Below, in pieces: positions 26,522 to 35,903 of a stretch of DNA of 64,000 bases. The translations under genes were made by a program, and so were the position numbers. The first letter of the stretch is position 1; each line of letters starts with the position of its first letter. Source of the stretch: Eubacteriales bacterium (GTDB lineage: Bacteria > Bacillota > Clostridia > Oscillospirales > CAG-272); assembly GCA_045644045.1 (NCBI GenBank), contig JAZRGD010000099.1, positions 7,126-71,125 of the forward strand. Reading direction: 5' to 3'. A model generated the notes under the pieces. The model saw only the letters and a program-made list of their open reading frames with translations. It was not told where the DNA came from and did not search any database.

Positions 26522-28771
26522 TTATATCGAAACCCGAACACGTATCGTAAGAGTATCCTCGTCCCGTTCTTCCTTGATTTCCGTAATGCTTTGTATGGCA
26601 AGCGTGTATGCCATGCCCAACGGAACTCTCGCCGTATATTCGAAGCCGCCGTCAATTTTTGTCCAAGCGGCCTCTATCCTTCCTTTTTCCGCATCGTAAT
26701 GACCGCGAGCCGAGGTGATTTTGCCGCTTTCATCAAATACAGGAGCAAAAATGACCCTTTGAAAGCCACCCTCCTCAGCGTGTCGGATGCCAAGGCAATA
26801 TTCATACATCCATTCCACGCACGAGCCAAAGGAATAGTGATTGAAGGAATTCATCCCTTTTCTGATTCCACCCTCCACGGTATAACTGTCCCAATGCTCC
26901 CAAATGGTGGTAGCACCGTTTTGGATGGAATACCCCCAGCCGGGAAACTCCCTGCTTGTCAGAATGGAGTAAGCTATATCCGCCCTGCCGATATCGCAAA
27001 GCGTAGGTAGCAAAAACTTGGTTCCAAGGAAACCGGTGGTTAATTTTCCACCCGACTCCTCTAACTTGCGCGAAAGTTGCTTTGCCGCCTCGTCTTTGCT
27101 GATGATATCAAACTTGTAGGCGATCACGTACACGCTTTGGGTGTCGGAAAGGAGGATGCCGTCCTTATCCATAAATTTCTGTCGGAAGGCCGCCTTGATC
27201 TTTTCGAAAAGGTTTTTATAATATGCCTCTTCGGTGTCGCCCAAGATCCCACACATAAATGCGGCCAAGCTCGCCGCTCTTGCATAATACAGCGTGGAGA
27301 TCACCGACAAGTCAGACGGTTGCCCCAGCGACAGCCAATCGCCATACGCGCCCTTGCCGCTTCGAATGCCGTCGGGGCTTTCCACCTCATAATAGCCGAT
27401 CAGCTTTTCAAGGGCGGGAAGGTTATCTCTTAACACCCGCTTGTCCCCGTACATCATGAAATGATCGTACGGAATTTGCGCAATGGCCTCGCACCAGCCT
27501 GCCGCCGCATCCCGTCCTGTATAGGCATAGCTTCCCACGGGCGGCATGGGGGCAACGCAGGGGATCACGCCGTTTCCCAGCTGTGCATCCCGCACGTCAC
27601 TCAAGTATTTTTCAAAAAAGGCGCGACAATTCATATTCCACATGGCGCTTTTGGCGAAAATCTGGGCATCCGCCGTCCAACCAAGCCGCTCGTCCCGTTG
27701 GGGGCAATCGGTGGGAATACTTAAAAAATTATCTCTTTGTCCCCACAACGCGTTTTGGTATATTCGATTGACAAGTCCATCCGAGCAAAAAAAATCGCCC
27801 GTCGCAAAAAGATCGGTATACATGGCCTCCGCCCCGACGGAAAGGATCTCGGCTTTGCCAATGATCTTGATCTCGGCGTACTGAAAGCCGTGGTACGTAA
27901 AAAGCGGACGAACCCGCTCCACACCCACTCCCGAAAGAATATAGGTATCCACGGCCTCCGCTTTTCTTAAATTCTCGGTGTAAAGCTTGCCTTCCTTCAG
28001 CAGTTCGCCATGGCGAAGGATGAGCCGCGCGCCCCTTTTCCCTTTTACCACCAAGGAAAGCGCCCCTGCGATGTTTTGCCCCACATTGTAAAGATAAGTG
28101 CTCCTTTTCTTGGATATCAGGGTAGGCGTGAAAATATGCTTGGTAACGATGGGGGGGATCTTTACCTCCTCCAAATATAAGTTTCTCGAAAACTTAAACA
28201 CGCTTTCCTCGGCATAGCCCCAGGCCGTGTCGTCATAATCGGGTGCAGAAAAATCGCCGAGATCCAATCGGGCATCCACCAGCTCGCCCATATAAATGTC
28301 ACTTCGTCTGATGGCACCTGCCGAGGCGCGCCAATCCACATCCGCGCCGATCTCTTCTACCCGTCCGTCCTTGTATTCGATCCTAATTAAGGCCGTAAGC
28401 TCGGTGCGCGTACTGTAGCCGCAACGCTTGAACGCGTAATGAGATCCCAAGTGGCCCACTGCCCAACCGTCGGAAAGAACGATGCCGACAGCATTTTTCT
28501 GTCCAATCTTATCGGTAATGTCATACCGAACCAGCGGAAGCTTTTTGCGATAGTCCACCCATCCGGGCGAAAGATAATCGTCTGCCACAGCCGCCCCATT
28601 CAGGTAAGCCTTGTAAACACCCAACGTACTGACAAAAAGCGTTGCCCGTTCGACCAAGGCCTCCTCTGCAAGAAAAAAACGTCTGAAATAGGATGCAGGG
28701 TTGCCATATTTATCATCGGCCGATTTTTGCCTTCCTGTTTTATATGTGATCCATTTGGATTCGAGTATCAT
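26522..28771 (-). CDS. Alpha-L-rhamnosidase (GH78)
   Basis: N-terminal rhamnosidase-type beta-sandwich (GVYKAYLNG...SPGWVDY) and (alpha/alpha)6 core with TDCPQRDERLGWTADAQIF. No signal peptide. The start overlaps the upstream stop as ATGA. Confidence 0.9.
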   Translation of the reverse strand: MILESKWITYKTGRQKSADDKYGNPASYFRRFFLAEEALVERATLFVSTLGVYKAYLNGAAVADDYLSPGWVDYRKKLPLVRYDITDKIGQKNAVGIVLSDGWAVGHLGSHYAFKRCGYSTRTELTALIRIEYKDGRVEEIGADVDWRASAGAIRRSDIYMGELVDARLDLGDFSAPDYDDTAWGYAEESVFKFSRNLYLEEVKIPPIVTKHIFTPTLISKKRSTYLYNVGQNIAGALSLVVKGKRGARLILRHGELLKEGKLYTENLRKAEAVDTYILSGVGVERVRPLFTYHGFQYAEIKIIGKAEILSVGAEAMYTDLFATGDFFCSDGLVNRIYQNALWGQRDNFLSIPTDCPQRDERLGWTADAQIFAKSAMWNMNCRAFFEKYLSDVRDAQLGNGVIPCVAPMPPVGSYAYTGRDAAAGWCEAIAQIPYDHFMMYGDKRVLRDNLPALEKLIGYYEVESPDGIRSGKGAYGDWLSLGQPSDLSVISTLYYARAASLAAFMCGILGDTEEAYYKNLFEKIKAAFRQKFMDKDGILLSDTQSVYVIAYKFDIISKDEAAKQLSRKLEESGGKLTTGFLGTKFLLPTLCDIGRADIAYSILTSREFPGWGYSIQNGATTIWEHWDSYTVEGGIRKGMNSFNHYSFGSCVEWMYEYCLGIRHAEEGGFQRVIFAPVFDESGKITSARGHYDAEKGRIEAAWTKIDGGFEYTARVPLGMAYTLAIQSITEIKEERDEDTLTIRVRVSI

Positions 28772-29799
28772 ACGCTTTCCTTCTTATCACGCTTGTATCC
28801 TTTGTAAAGATGAACGATATTGATGTCCTCGGGCATATCAAGTCCGTGAGAGCCGCATCCGCCATCTATCTCATGGCAACCGTGATCCATGGCAAATCCA
28901 AGCAAGGTATGGTGATGTTTCCAGTGAGTTTTTATCAGGTTTGAAATAGCACAAAATGCGTGGTCGTTTACCCGCAGCTCCGCAAGCGCCTTTGGGCTCT
29001 CAGGACCGTTTGCGTGCATCATAGCGTCATAATTTCCGTTGTAGATCGCAATGAAGTCGTGTTCATCGTGCAGTATGATCTCCGCCACCTTTGCGTTGAC
29101 CTCCTCGATCCCGCCTTCGTCAAAATGGTAGTAGTCCATATTACGATGGAGGAAAATCTTTGCCAGACTGCATTCCTGATAGGTGATCAGCGCAACCCTT
29201 TTCCCCGCGCGGATGAGTGCGTCAAAGAGGGTGTCTATGGTAATGACGGGCTTTTCATATTTTTGTATCCCGTGAACGTCGGGCTGTGCGCCTGTATACA
29301 TTGTAGCAAAGCAAACAGGGGTAACGGATGGCATAACGGAGGCCAAATAAACCTCTTTTTCCGTGTGGCTCTTCACCCCTGCCAAATACGTGGGGTACTT
29401 CTGATAGACCCATTGCGCGATGGCGTCGGGATTATACATAACCACTCTATCGACTTTTTCTCCATCAAACACCTTGTCGATATAATTCGCCAACTCTTCA
29501 TTCTTTTTTGCCGCAAAGCTCGGCGGTTCAACTCCCATGGCATAGGCCAGTGCTCCGCATATCGTATCAAGGGAATCCGAATTGTGCTTTTCGGATTTGA
29601 CCTCACCGGAAGAAAGCATTTTGTCAACAGACACGCCAAAGATATCCTTTAATCTGAGAAGATTGTCAAGTGTCGGCAATGTCTGATCCGTCTCCCATAA
29701 GCTGATCGTTTGTCTGGAAACGCACATTTTTTCAGCAAGTTCTTCTTGCGACATTTTTTTAAGTTTTCTTAAATTTAGTATATTTGCACCAATTGTCAT
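28768..29799 (-). CDS. Fusion protein: N-terminal XRE-family HTH plus nucleotide pyrophosphatase/phosphodiesterase (alkaline-phosphatase superfamily) domain
   Basis: The start MTIGANILNLRKLKKMSQEELAEKMCVSRQTISLWE (HTH_3-like) has AAGGAGG 7 nt upstream. Downstream are MPSVTPVCFATMYTGAQPDVHGI (NPP nucleophile-Thr motif P-S-x-T-x-P...TG..P..HG), AMDHGCH and GSHG (metal-ligand motifs). Confidence 0.7.
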   Translation of the reverse strand: MTIGANILNLRKLKKMSQEELAEKMCVSRQTISLWETDQTLPTLDNLLRLKDIFGVSVDKMLSSGEVKSEKHNSDSLDTICGALAYAMGVEPPSFAAKKNEELANYIDKVFDGEKVDRVVMYNPDAIAQWVYQKYPTYLAGVKSHTEKEVYLASVMPSVTPVCFATMYTGAQPDVHGIQKYEKPVITIDTLFDALIRAGKRVALITYQECSLAKIFLHRNMDYYHFDEGGIEEVNAKVAEIILHDEHDFIAIYNGNYDAMMHANGPESPKALAELRVNDHAFCAISNLIKTHWKHHHTLLGFAMDHGCHEIDGGCGSHGLDMPEDINIVHLYKGYKRDKKESV

Positions 29800-29821
29800 G
29801 CTGCAACCTCCTTTTTTATTC

Positions 29822-29850
29822 ATTATAACACGCCCATTCCCATAAGTAAA
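29822..29850 (-). promoter_or_regulatory. Candidate extended -10 promoter (TTTACT-17 nt-TATAAT, the last spacer bases giving TGt before the -10) for the HTH-NPP/GH78/GH99-like operon
   Basis: The reverse complement reads TTTACTtatgggaatgggcgTGtTATAAT, ~20 nt upstream of the SD. Confidence 0.5.
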
Positions 29851-30111
29851 GCACAAAAAACTTGCTTTTTGCCAAGCGTTGCTTGACAAAAAGCGCCCTT
29901 TCCATCCCCCTCGCACAGGGCAGAAAAGGCGCTTGCTTTCAGCCGCTTCTCACAAAGTTGTTTTCATGTTTGAATCGTATGGGAGGGCCTTCTTTCGCAA
30001 AGAACCGCTCTTTCATTGTAGGTCCGGAGGCGAAACGCCTCTCTTGCAAACAGATCACGCAAAAGCGCGTCACCTCACCGCAAGAGCAAGTGACGGGCTG
30101 TATTGTATTTT

Positions 30112-31239
30112 TTATTTCTTTTGATCCTCATCGGGAACAAACACTTGTTTGACCGCCTCTAAATAACCGTACCCATACAGATTATCGGGTTCCAGATAGC
30201 TGGTCTCCGTCCACTCGTTCCAGCTGTTGATGACCACCAGCGGCGCGGGAAGCTCGTGGGTGTCCACGTATTCCTTTGCCTGCAAAAGCGCGGTTTTGAT
30301 GTTTTCAGGGGTATTGTTTTTCATCACGTTAGGTTTGAAGGCGCGGTATCTGGGATTGTTGTCCCAGCCTAAAGAGACTTGGGGAAAATAGAGGCTTCCC
30401 GTGGTGTCCATCCTCTCATATTCCTTCCTGTGATACGCGATCATCTCGGTGTAATCACAGTTTCGGTCGGATTGCTTGCCCATATTGTAGTGGGTCACGC
30501 TGTCAAAGCCCAGAAGGGTGTACACGTCCCCCGCCTCGCCGCCGAAGCGTCCGTCATAATCGAAGCCCTCAAAGGCATTGTACACCGCCTGCAAATGAAG
30601 GCCGGGGAAGCCCGCCTTTTTCACCTCTTCCCTGAAATAGCGGAACGCCTCTCTCACGCCCTCCGTTCCGCCAAAGCCCTTGAACAGATTTTGCATCGTG
30701 TAGATCATAAGCACGGGCTTGCCGTCTATTTTATAATACGACGGATGGGAAAAATATTTTTCGATCCAACGCCCCACCAGCTTTTTGAATACGTCGAGGG
30801 TAACGTCACCGCGCCATATGGTTTCCGTCTCCGTGCTTGACAGCTCCACGCTCCACATGTGATTCGCGTCATGATTGGCCCACATCAAATAGAACTTTAC
30901 CAGATCGTTGTTTTTGGCCTTAAGATAGCCATCGTTGAGACAGTTTTCGAGAAAAGGCCTGTCGTCATACCAATACCAATCGTAAATAAAGACGTTGACC
31001 CCGTGGTCATAAGCGCACTTGATCTCCATCTCCATCACGTCGGGGTTTGCCTCGTTGACGTAGCCCCACAAGGGCTTTCTGTTCCAAACGTAGTCCGCAG
31101 GCTTTTGCGCCGTATTCATGGGCGCATTCTTGACAGTTTGCCATTCCCCATAGCCCTCCGGCCAAAAGATCCTCGTGCGAGGCTCGTCTCCCGTGTAAGA
31201 GGGCCAGACGTACGCCGCCACGTCGTATTTTGCTTTCAT
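30112..31239 (-). CDS. GH99-like / WbsX-family protein, copy B (375 aa)
   Basis: MKAKYDVAAYVWPSYTGDEPRTRIFWPEGYGEWQTVKN... The same motifs as copy A throughout. No signal peptide. Confidence 0.75.
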   Translation of the reverse strand: MKAKYDVAAYVWPSYTGDEPRTRIFWPEGYGEWQTVKNAPMNTAQKPADYVWNRKPLWGYVNEANPDVMEMEIKCAYDHGVNVFIYDWYWYDDRPFLENCLNDGYLKAKNNDLVKFYLMWANHDANHMWSVELSSTETETIWRGDVTLDVFKKLVGRWIEKYFSHPSYYKIDGKPVLMIYTMQNLFKGFGGTEGVREAFRYFREEVKKAGFPGLHLQAVYNAFEGFDYDGRFGGEAGDVYTLLGFDSVTHYNMGKQSDRNCDYTEMIAYHRKEYERMDTTGSLYFPQVSLGWDNNPRYRAFKPNVMKNNTPENIKTALLQAKEYVDTHELPAPLVVINSWNEWTETSYLEPDNLYGYGYLEAVKQVFVPDEDQKK

Positions 31240-31437
31240 AGACGCATCTCCTTATTGCTGTTACCTGATAAGAACGTCTTTATTGTAGCACACGGGACCG
31301 CCGCTTGTAAATGCCTTCATTTTACTTTTTCGCCCAAAAGTGTAGTGTTTTTTTACTTTTCTCTCGAAAATAAAAAAACGGGATCAAAAAGTGCCGCCAT
31401 TTATCGCCTCACAGGGGCAGATCGTCACCGTCTCTTC

Positions 31438-31466
31438 TTGACATCTTCACAAAAGAGTGATATACT
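31438..31466 (+). promoter_or_regulatory. Candidate sigma-A promoter (TTGACA-17 nt-TATACT)
   Basis: Read directly, ~38 nt upstream of the 31504 start. Confidence 0.5.
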
Positions 31467-31503
31467 ATGTAGGATATCAGATCAAAACGAAGGAAAAACA
31501 AGC

Positions 31504-32289
31504 ATGGAAGAAAAGGATAAGATTCAGGGCGACGTAAAAATGAAGTCTCCCTTCTTAACGAAGCTTGACAACTTTTTTTATCATTATAAGTGGCATTCCG
31601 TCATCGCGCTGTTCTTGGTGATCGTCTTTCTCGTCTGCGCCCTGCAAATGTGCGGACAGAAGCAGTACGACCTTGAGGTCATGTACGCGGGCCCCAAGAA
31701 TCTCTCCGACAGGCAGACCGTCCTCGACATTCAAAACGCCTTTGCGGAGATCGCTGACGACAGAACGGGGGACGGTGAAAAAACGGTGAATTTGGTCTCC
31801 TATTGGGTGGACGACTCCCTTTGGGAGGAGCTCACCGACGGCAAGGAGGAGGGTGTCGAGGACGAGGACACCGCCGGGCGCGGTCAGCTGATGAACAACT
31901 CCTACAATAACGAAAAGGCCTTCGTGGACGAGATCGCCGCAGGCAACGTGGTCATCTGTCTCGTCTCTCCCTACCTTTTCCATATGGTAGACGACGAGGC
32001 GGGCTTTATGCGCGTGACCGACGTATTCCCCGATCTGGCGGAGTACGAGGAGGAGCTCTGCGTCTACGACGAGGACGGAGACATCAATCGCTTTGGCGTG
32101 TATCTTTCCAAGACCGCCTTTGGCGAAAAGGCGGGGCTTTCCTCCCTGCCGACCGACACGGTGCTTTGCGTGCGTAAAAAGGCGGCACTGAGCTTTTGGT
32201 ATAACGGCGACAAGGCGGAGGAAAAGCACGCCCTCTCGGTGGAGGTATTCCGCCGCGCCTTGGCACTCGGCAAAAGGGAGAGCGATTAA
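31504..32289 (+). CDS. Hypothetical membrane-anchored protein (single N-terminal TM, acidic ectodomain)
   Basis: In-frame ATG inside track ORF 30859..32289. The upstream part of that ORF is antisense to the GH99-like gene. Hydrophobic segment WHSVIALFLVIVFLVCALQM. No recognisable family. Confidence 0.5.
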   Translation: MEEKDKIQGDVKMKSPFLTKLDNFFYHYKWHSVIALFLVIVFLVCALQMCGQKQYDLEVMYAGPKNLSDRQTVLDIQNAFAEIADDRTGDGEKTVNLVSYWVDDSLWEELTDGKEEGVEDEDTAGRGQLMNNSYNNEKAFVDEIAAGNVVICLVSPYLFHMVDDEAGFMRVTDVFPDLAEYEEELCVYDEDGDINRFGVYLSKTAFGEKAGLSSLPTDTVLCVRKKAALSFWYNGDKAEEKHALSVEVFRRALALGKRESD

Positions 32290-32389
32290 AAAGTTCGCTT
32301 TACCCTGTAAAAGGTCGTTTTTTTACATTGTAAATTTTCTTTGCGAATGATACAATTAAGGTGTCAAATCAAATAAAAGGAGAATGATC

Positions 32390-33625
32390 ATGGCAATTCC
32401 CGTCCCACCCAAATACGTTCGTGATTTTGAAAAGCTCGGCTTCGGTATGTTCGTCCACTTCGGCCTGTACTCACAGATGAAAAAGGGAGAATGGGTCAAG
32501 CACATTTTCGGCATTCCGAAGGCGGAATACGAAAAGCTGTTCGACACCTTCACCGCCGAGGACTTTGATGCCAAGGAGCTGGTGCGCACCGCCAAGGAGG
32601 CAGGTGCCAAGTATATTGTTCTGACCACCCGTCACCACGAGGGCTTTTCGCTCTTTGATGCCGACGGCGTATCGGAATTTGATGCCCCCCATTCCCCTGC
32701 CGGCCGCGACCTGATCCGCGAATACGTGGACGCCTGCAACGAGGAGGGCATTATCCCCTTCTTCTACCATACCACTCTTGACTGGCATATGGATAGCTTC
32801 AACGATGCCTTTACCTCTTACCTGGAGTATTTGCGCAAGAGCGTGGAGATCCTTTGCACCAGATACGGCAAGATCGGCGGTCTCTGGTTCGACGGTAACT
32901 GGTGGCGTCCCCACGACGACTGGCACGAGGATGAGCTGTATGCCACCATCCGCAAGTATCAGCCCGAGGCCATCATCGTCAACAACACAGGCATCGGCGC
33001 GCGCGGAAAGCTCGGTCACCCCGAGATCGACAGCGTGACCTTTGAAAACGGCCGCGCTCAACCGATGGACAGAGAGGGTGCGCCCCGTTACGTTGCGGCC
33101 GAGATGTGCCAAACCATCAACGATCACTGGGCTTGCGCCGAGGCCGACTTCCACAGCAAATCCACGGGCGAGCTGATCGAGACCCTTTGCGCTTGCCGTA
33201 AGGTAGGTGCCAACTATCTGCTGAACATCGGCCCCACCGAGCAGGGCGGCATCGACCCCTTGCAGAGAGAGCTTCTTCGCGTGGTGGGAAGATGGGCAAA
33301 GATCTTTGGTGAAGCCATCTACGAGACCGTTCCCTGCGGTGTCGAGGGCGAATACAAGAACTTCGGCTTGAAGAACGAAAAGGGCGAATACTTCCTCTTC
33401 GTTCACGATCTTGCCCGCGTGGGCAACGTAAACGTTACGGTGCCCGGCGGCGGAAACGGCCCCAAGAGCTTTACGGGTGTCCCCGCAGGCGTAAAACGGA
33501 TCGCTTGGATGGACAACGATGAAGCCCTTTCCTTCAAGGAAGAGGACGGCAAGCTGACCGTAAACTGCACGGGCTACCCCTATGGCAGAAGCTACGTGGT
33601 ACGCGTGGCCAAGGTCACATTCTGA
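32390..33625 (+). CDS. Alpha-L-fucosidase (GH29)
   Basis: FGMFVHFGLYS...EW, AKYIVLTTRHHEGFSLFD, WFDGNW: canonical GH29 motifs. ATG at 32390 has AAGGAG 7 nt upstream. No signal peptide. Confidence 0.9.
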   Translation: MAIPVPPKYVRDFEKLGFGMFVHFGLYSQMKKGEWVKHIFGIPKAEYEKLFDTFTAEDFDAKELVRTAKEAGAKYIVLTTRHHEGFSLFDADGVSEFDAPHSPAGRDLIREYVDACNEEGIIPFFYHTTLDWHMDSFNDAFTSYLEYLRKSVEILCTRYGKIGGLWFDGNWWRPHDDWHEDELYATIRKYQPEAIIVNNTGIGARGKLGHPEIDSVTFENGRAQPMDREGAPRYVAAEMCQTINDHWACAEADFHSKSTGELIETLCACRKVGANYLLNIGPTEQGGIDPLQRELLRVVGRWAKIFGEAIYETVPCGVEGEYKNFGLKNEKGEYFLFVHDLARVGNVNVTVPGGGNGPKSFTGVPAGVKRIAWMDNDEALSFKEEDGKLTVNCTGYPYGRSYVVRVAKVTF

Positions 33626-33649
33626 TCTAAAAACTGATTTTAAAAACAA

Positions 33650-33685
33650 AAAGCAACCATTTGCAAATAGATGGTTGCTTTTTCT
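33650..33685 (+). terminator. Rho-independent terminator after the GH29 gene
   Basis: AAAGCAACCAT-N10-ATGGTTGCTTT followed by ttct. Confidence 0.7.
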
Positions 33686-33696
33686 CGGGAGATAGC

Positions 33697-35145
33697 ATGA
33701 AGCTCAAAGCATTTTTTACGAACGTTTTAGGAGACAGGGTGTTTTTCCGCAACGCCGTGCGTCTGGCTCTGCCCATCGCGGCGCAAAACCTGCTCATCTC
33801 CTCCTTTGCCTTAGTGGACACCGTCATGGTGAGCCAGTTAGGCGGCATCGAGCTTTCCTCGGTGGGCATGGCAGGACAGTGGGTATGGCTGCTCAACATT
33901 TTCCTCTTCGGCATCGCCTCGGGCTGCTCCATCTTCTTTTCGCAGTTCTGGGGCGCGCGAGACAAGGCGTCCATCCACAAGGTCATGGGTGTGGCGCTCC
34001 TCTTGTCGGTCGGTGTTATGCTTCCCTTCCTGATTCTCCCCATCTTTGCTCCCGAATTTATCGTTTCCTTATTCAATAAGGACGCGGCCGTCGTCGCCTG
34101 CGGCAGTACCTATCTGTCCGTCGCCCTTTGGTCCTACCCCGCCATCGCGGTAAACAGCGCGGTGGGTGCCCTGCTCCGCTCCACCGAGCACGTGAAGCTT
34201 CCCATGGTGGTGGCGGCGTTCACCACCGTAGCAAACGCTACCCTCAACTATATGTTTATCTTCGGCCTCGGTCCCATCCCCGCCATGGGGGTGGAGGGGG
34301 CCGCCCTCGCCACCGTCATCTCCTCTTGGCTGGGTCCTGTCCTTCTCATTCTCATTTCGCTTTTCAAGAAAAACGTCCTGTACGCCTCCCCCCGTGCCTA
34401 TCTGGCGGTCAAGCGGGCGGAATTCGTATCCTATCTGCGCCGCATCCTCCCCGTGGTCTTTAACGAGATGCTGTGGGGCGCGGGCACTCTGGTGCTGACC
34501 ATGATCTACTCCAACATCGGCAAGGACGAGTACGGTGGTGTCACCATCCTCCGCTCTTGCGAGAATATCGTCTTCTCCTTCTGTCAGGGTCTCGGTGCCG
34601 CCTGCTGTGTGATGGTAGGCAAGCAGGTGGGCGCGGGACAGGCCCGCGAGGCGGTCCGCGACGCCCGTCGCTTCACCGTCCTGACACCCCTCTTCTGCCT
34701 GGCTTTGGGTGTCGCCGTCATTCTTTTACGCCATCCCATCGTCACTCTCTTTAATATGGAGGGCAAGCTCTCCGCCGTGACCCTCGCCACCGCCACGGGT
34801 CTGCTCTGCATCTACGGTGCTGAGGTCGCCATCCGCAACGTTCCCTACACCCAGGTCATTGGCATCTTCCGCGCAGGCGGCGACACCTTCTTTGCCACCC
34901 TATACGACACGGGCTGTCTTTGGCTGCTGGCCATTCCCGTGGCCTTCTTCACGGCGAGAGCGGGCGTTCCCTTCCTTTCGGTCTTCGCCCTGACCACCGT
35001 GGCGGAGGACTGGCCCAAGGCGGTGCTGTGCCTCCATCGCTTCTTCAGCGAAAAATGGATCAAGCCCGTCACCGTGGCGGGAAAAGAGGGTCTTGCCCGA
35101 TACAAGGCAGAAAAGGCAAATAAGAAAACGAAAAAAACAGTTTAA
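33697..35145 (+). CDS. MATE-family efflux transporter
   Basis: N-terminal LALPIAAQNLLISSFALVDTVMVSQLG pattern, ~12 hydrophobic segments, ~480 aa. Confidence 0.85.
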   Translation: MKLKAFFTNVLGDRVFFRNAVRLALPIAAQNLLISSFALVDTVMVSQLGGIELSSVGMAGQWVWLLNIFLFGIASGCSIFFSQFWGARDKASIHKVMGVALLLSVGVMLPFLILPIFAPEFIVSLFNKDAAVVACGSTYLSVALWSYPAIAVNSAVGALLRSTEHVKLPMVVAAFTTVANATLNYMFIFGLGPIPAMGVEGAALATVISSWLGPVLLILISLFKKNVLYASPRAYLAVKRAEFVSYLRRILPVVFNEMLWGAGTLVLTMIYSNIGKDEYGGVTILRSCENIVFSFCQGLGAACCVMVGKQVGAGQAREAVRDARRFTVLTPLFCLALGVAVILLRHPIVTLFNMEGKLSAVTLATATGLLCIYGAEVAIRNVPYTQVIGIFRAGGDTFFATLYDTGCLWLLAIPVAFFTARAGVPFLSVFALTTVAEDWPKAVLCLHRFFSEKWIKPVTVAGKEGLARYKAEKANKKTKKTV

Positions 35146-35270
35146 AATGCGAATCAATTTGTAACTAAGTCACATTTTTTTACAAAATTTTATGCTACAA
35201 TATTCTCGCAAGGGTGAGAAGCCCAAAACAATTTGATTAAAATTTCAAACATAAAGAGGAGAAACAAACA

Positions 35271-35831
35271 ATGAAAAAATGGAAATGTTCCGTATGCGGT
35301 GAGATCGTAGTAGGCGAGAATCCCCCTGCCGCTTGCCCCCTGTGCAAGCAGCCCGCCGAGAAATTCGTCGAGGTCATCGAGGAGGAGAAGGATCTCCGCT
35401 CCTATGCCACCGAGCACGTGGTAGGTGTTGCCAAGGAGGCCGACGTTCCCGCCGAGATCGTAGAGGGTCTGCGCGCCAACTTCAACGGCGAGTGCTGCGA
35501 GGTCGGTATGTATCTTGCGATGGCAAGAATGGCATTCCGCGAGGGCTACCCCGAGATCGGTATGTACTGGGAAAAGGCCGCTTACGAGGAAGCGGAGCAC
35601 GCTTCCAAGTTTGCCGAGCTGCTTGGCGAGGTCGTATTCGCTTCCACCAAGGAGAACCTTGAAGCCCGCGTCGCCGCCGAGAACGGTGCTTGCGAGGGCA
35701 AGTTCGAGCTGGCAAAGCTGGCCAAGAAGCTGAGCCTTGACGCTATCCACGACACCGTACACGAGATGGCCAAGGACGAGGCTCGTCACGGCAGAGCCTT
35801 CCAGGGCTTCCTTGACAGATACTTCAAGTAA
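35271..35831 (+). CDS. Reverse rubrerythrin (N-terminal rubredoxin-like Cys4 plus ferritin-like diiron domain)
   Basis: WKCSVCGE...CPLCKQP at the N-terminus, followed by four-helix-bundle E..H motifs (EEAEHA, DEARHG). Confidence 0.85.
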   Translation: MKKWKCSVCGEIVVGENPPAACPLCKQPAEKFVEVIEEEKDLRSYATEHVVGVAKEADVPAEIVEGLRANFNGECCEVGMYLAMARMAFREGYPEIGMYWEKAAYEEAEHASKFAELLGEVVFASTKENLEARVAAENGACEGKFELAKLAKKLSLDAIHDTVHEMAKDEARHGRAFQGFLDRYFK

Positions 35832-35839
35832 TTCGAGCT

Positions 35840-35874
35840 GAAGAAGCCCTTGCTTTCGCAAGGGCTTCTTTTGT
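35840..35874 (+). terminator. Rho-independent terminator after the rubrerythrin gene
   Basis: GAAGAAGCCCTTGC-tttc-GCAAGGGCTTCTTTT. Confidence 0.8.
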
Positions 35875-35903
35875 AAAAAGACCGTATCATAAGGAGACGA
35901 TCT

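Noticed and set aside
30859-31503. Upstream 215 codons of track ORF 30859..32289.
   Set aside because: This part is antisense to the GH99-like gene (30112-31239) and crosses the intergenic promoter. The plausible gene starts at the in-frame ATG at 31504, downstream of a TTGACA-17-TATACT promoter.
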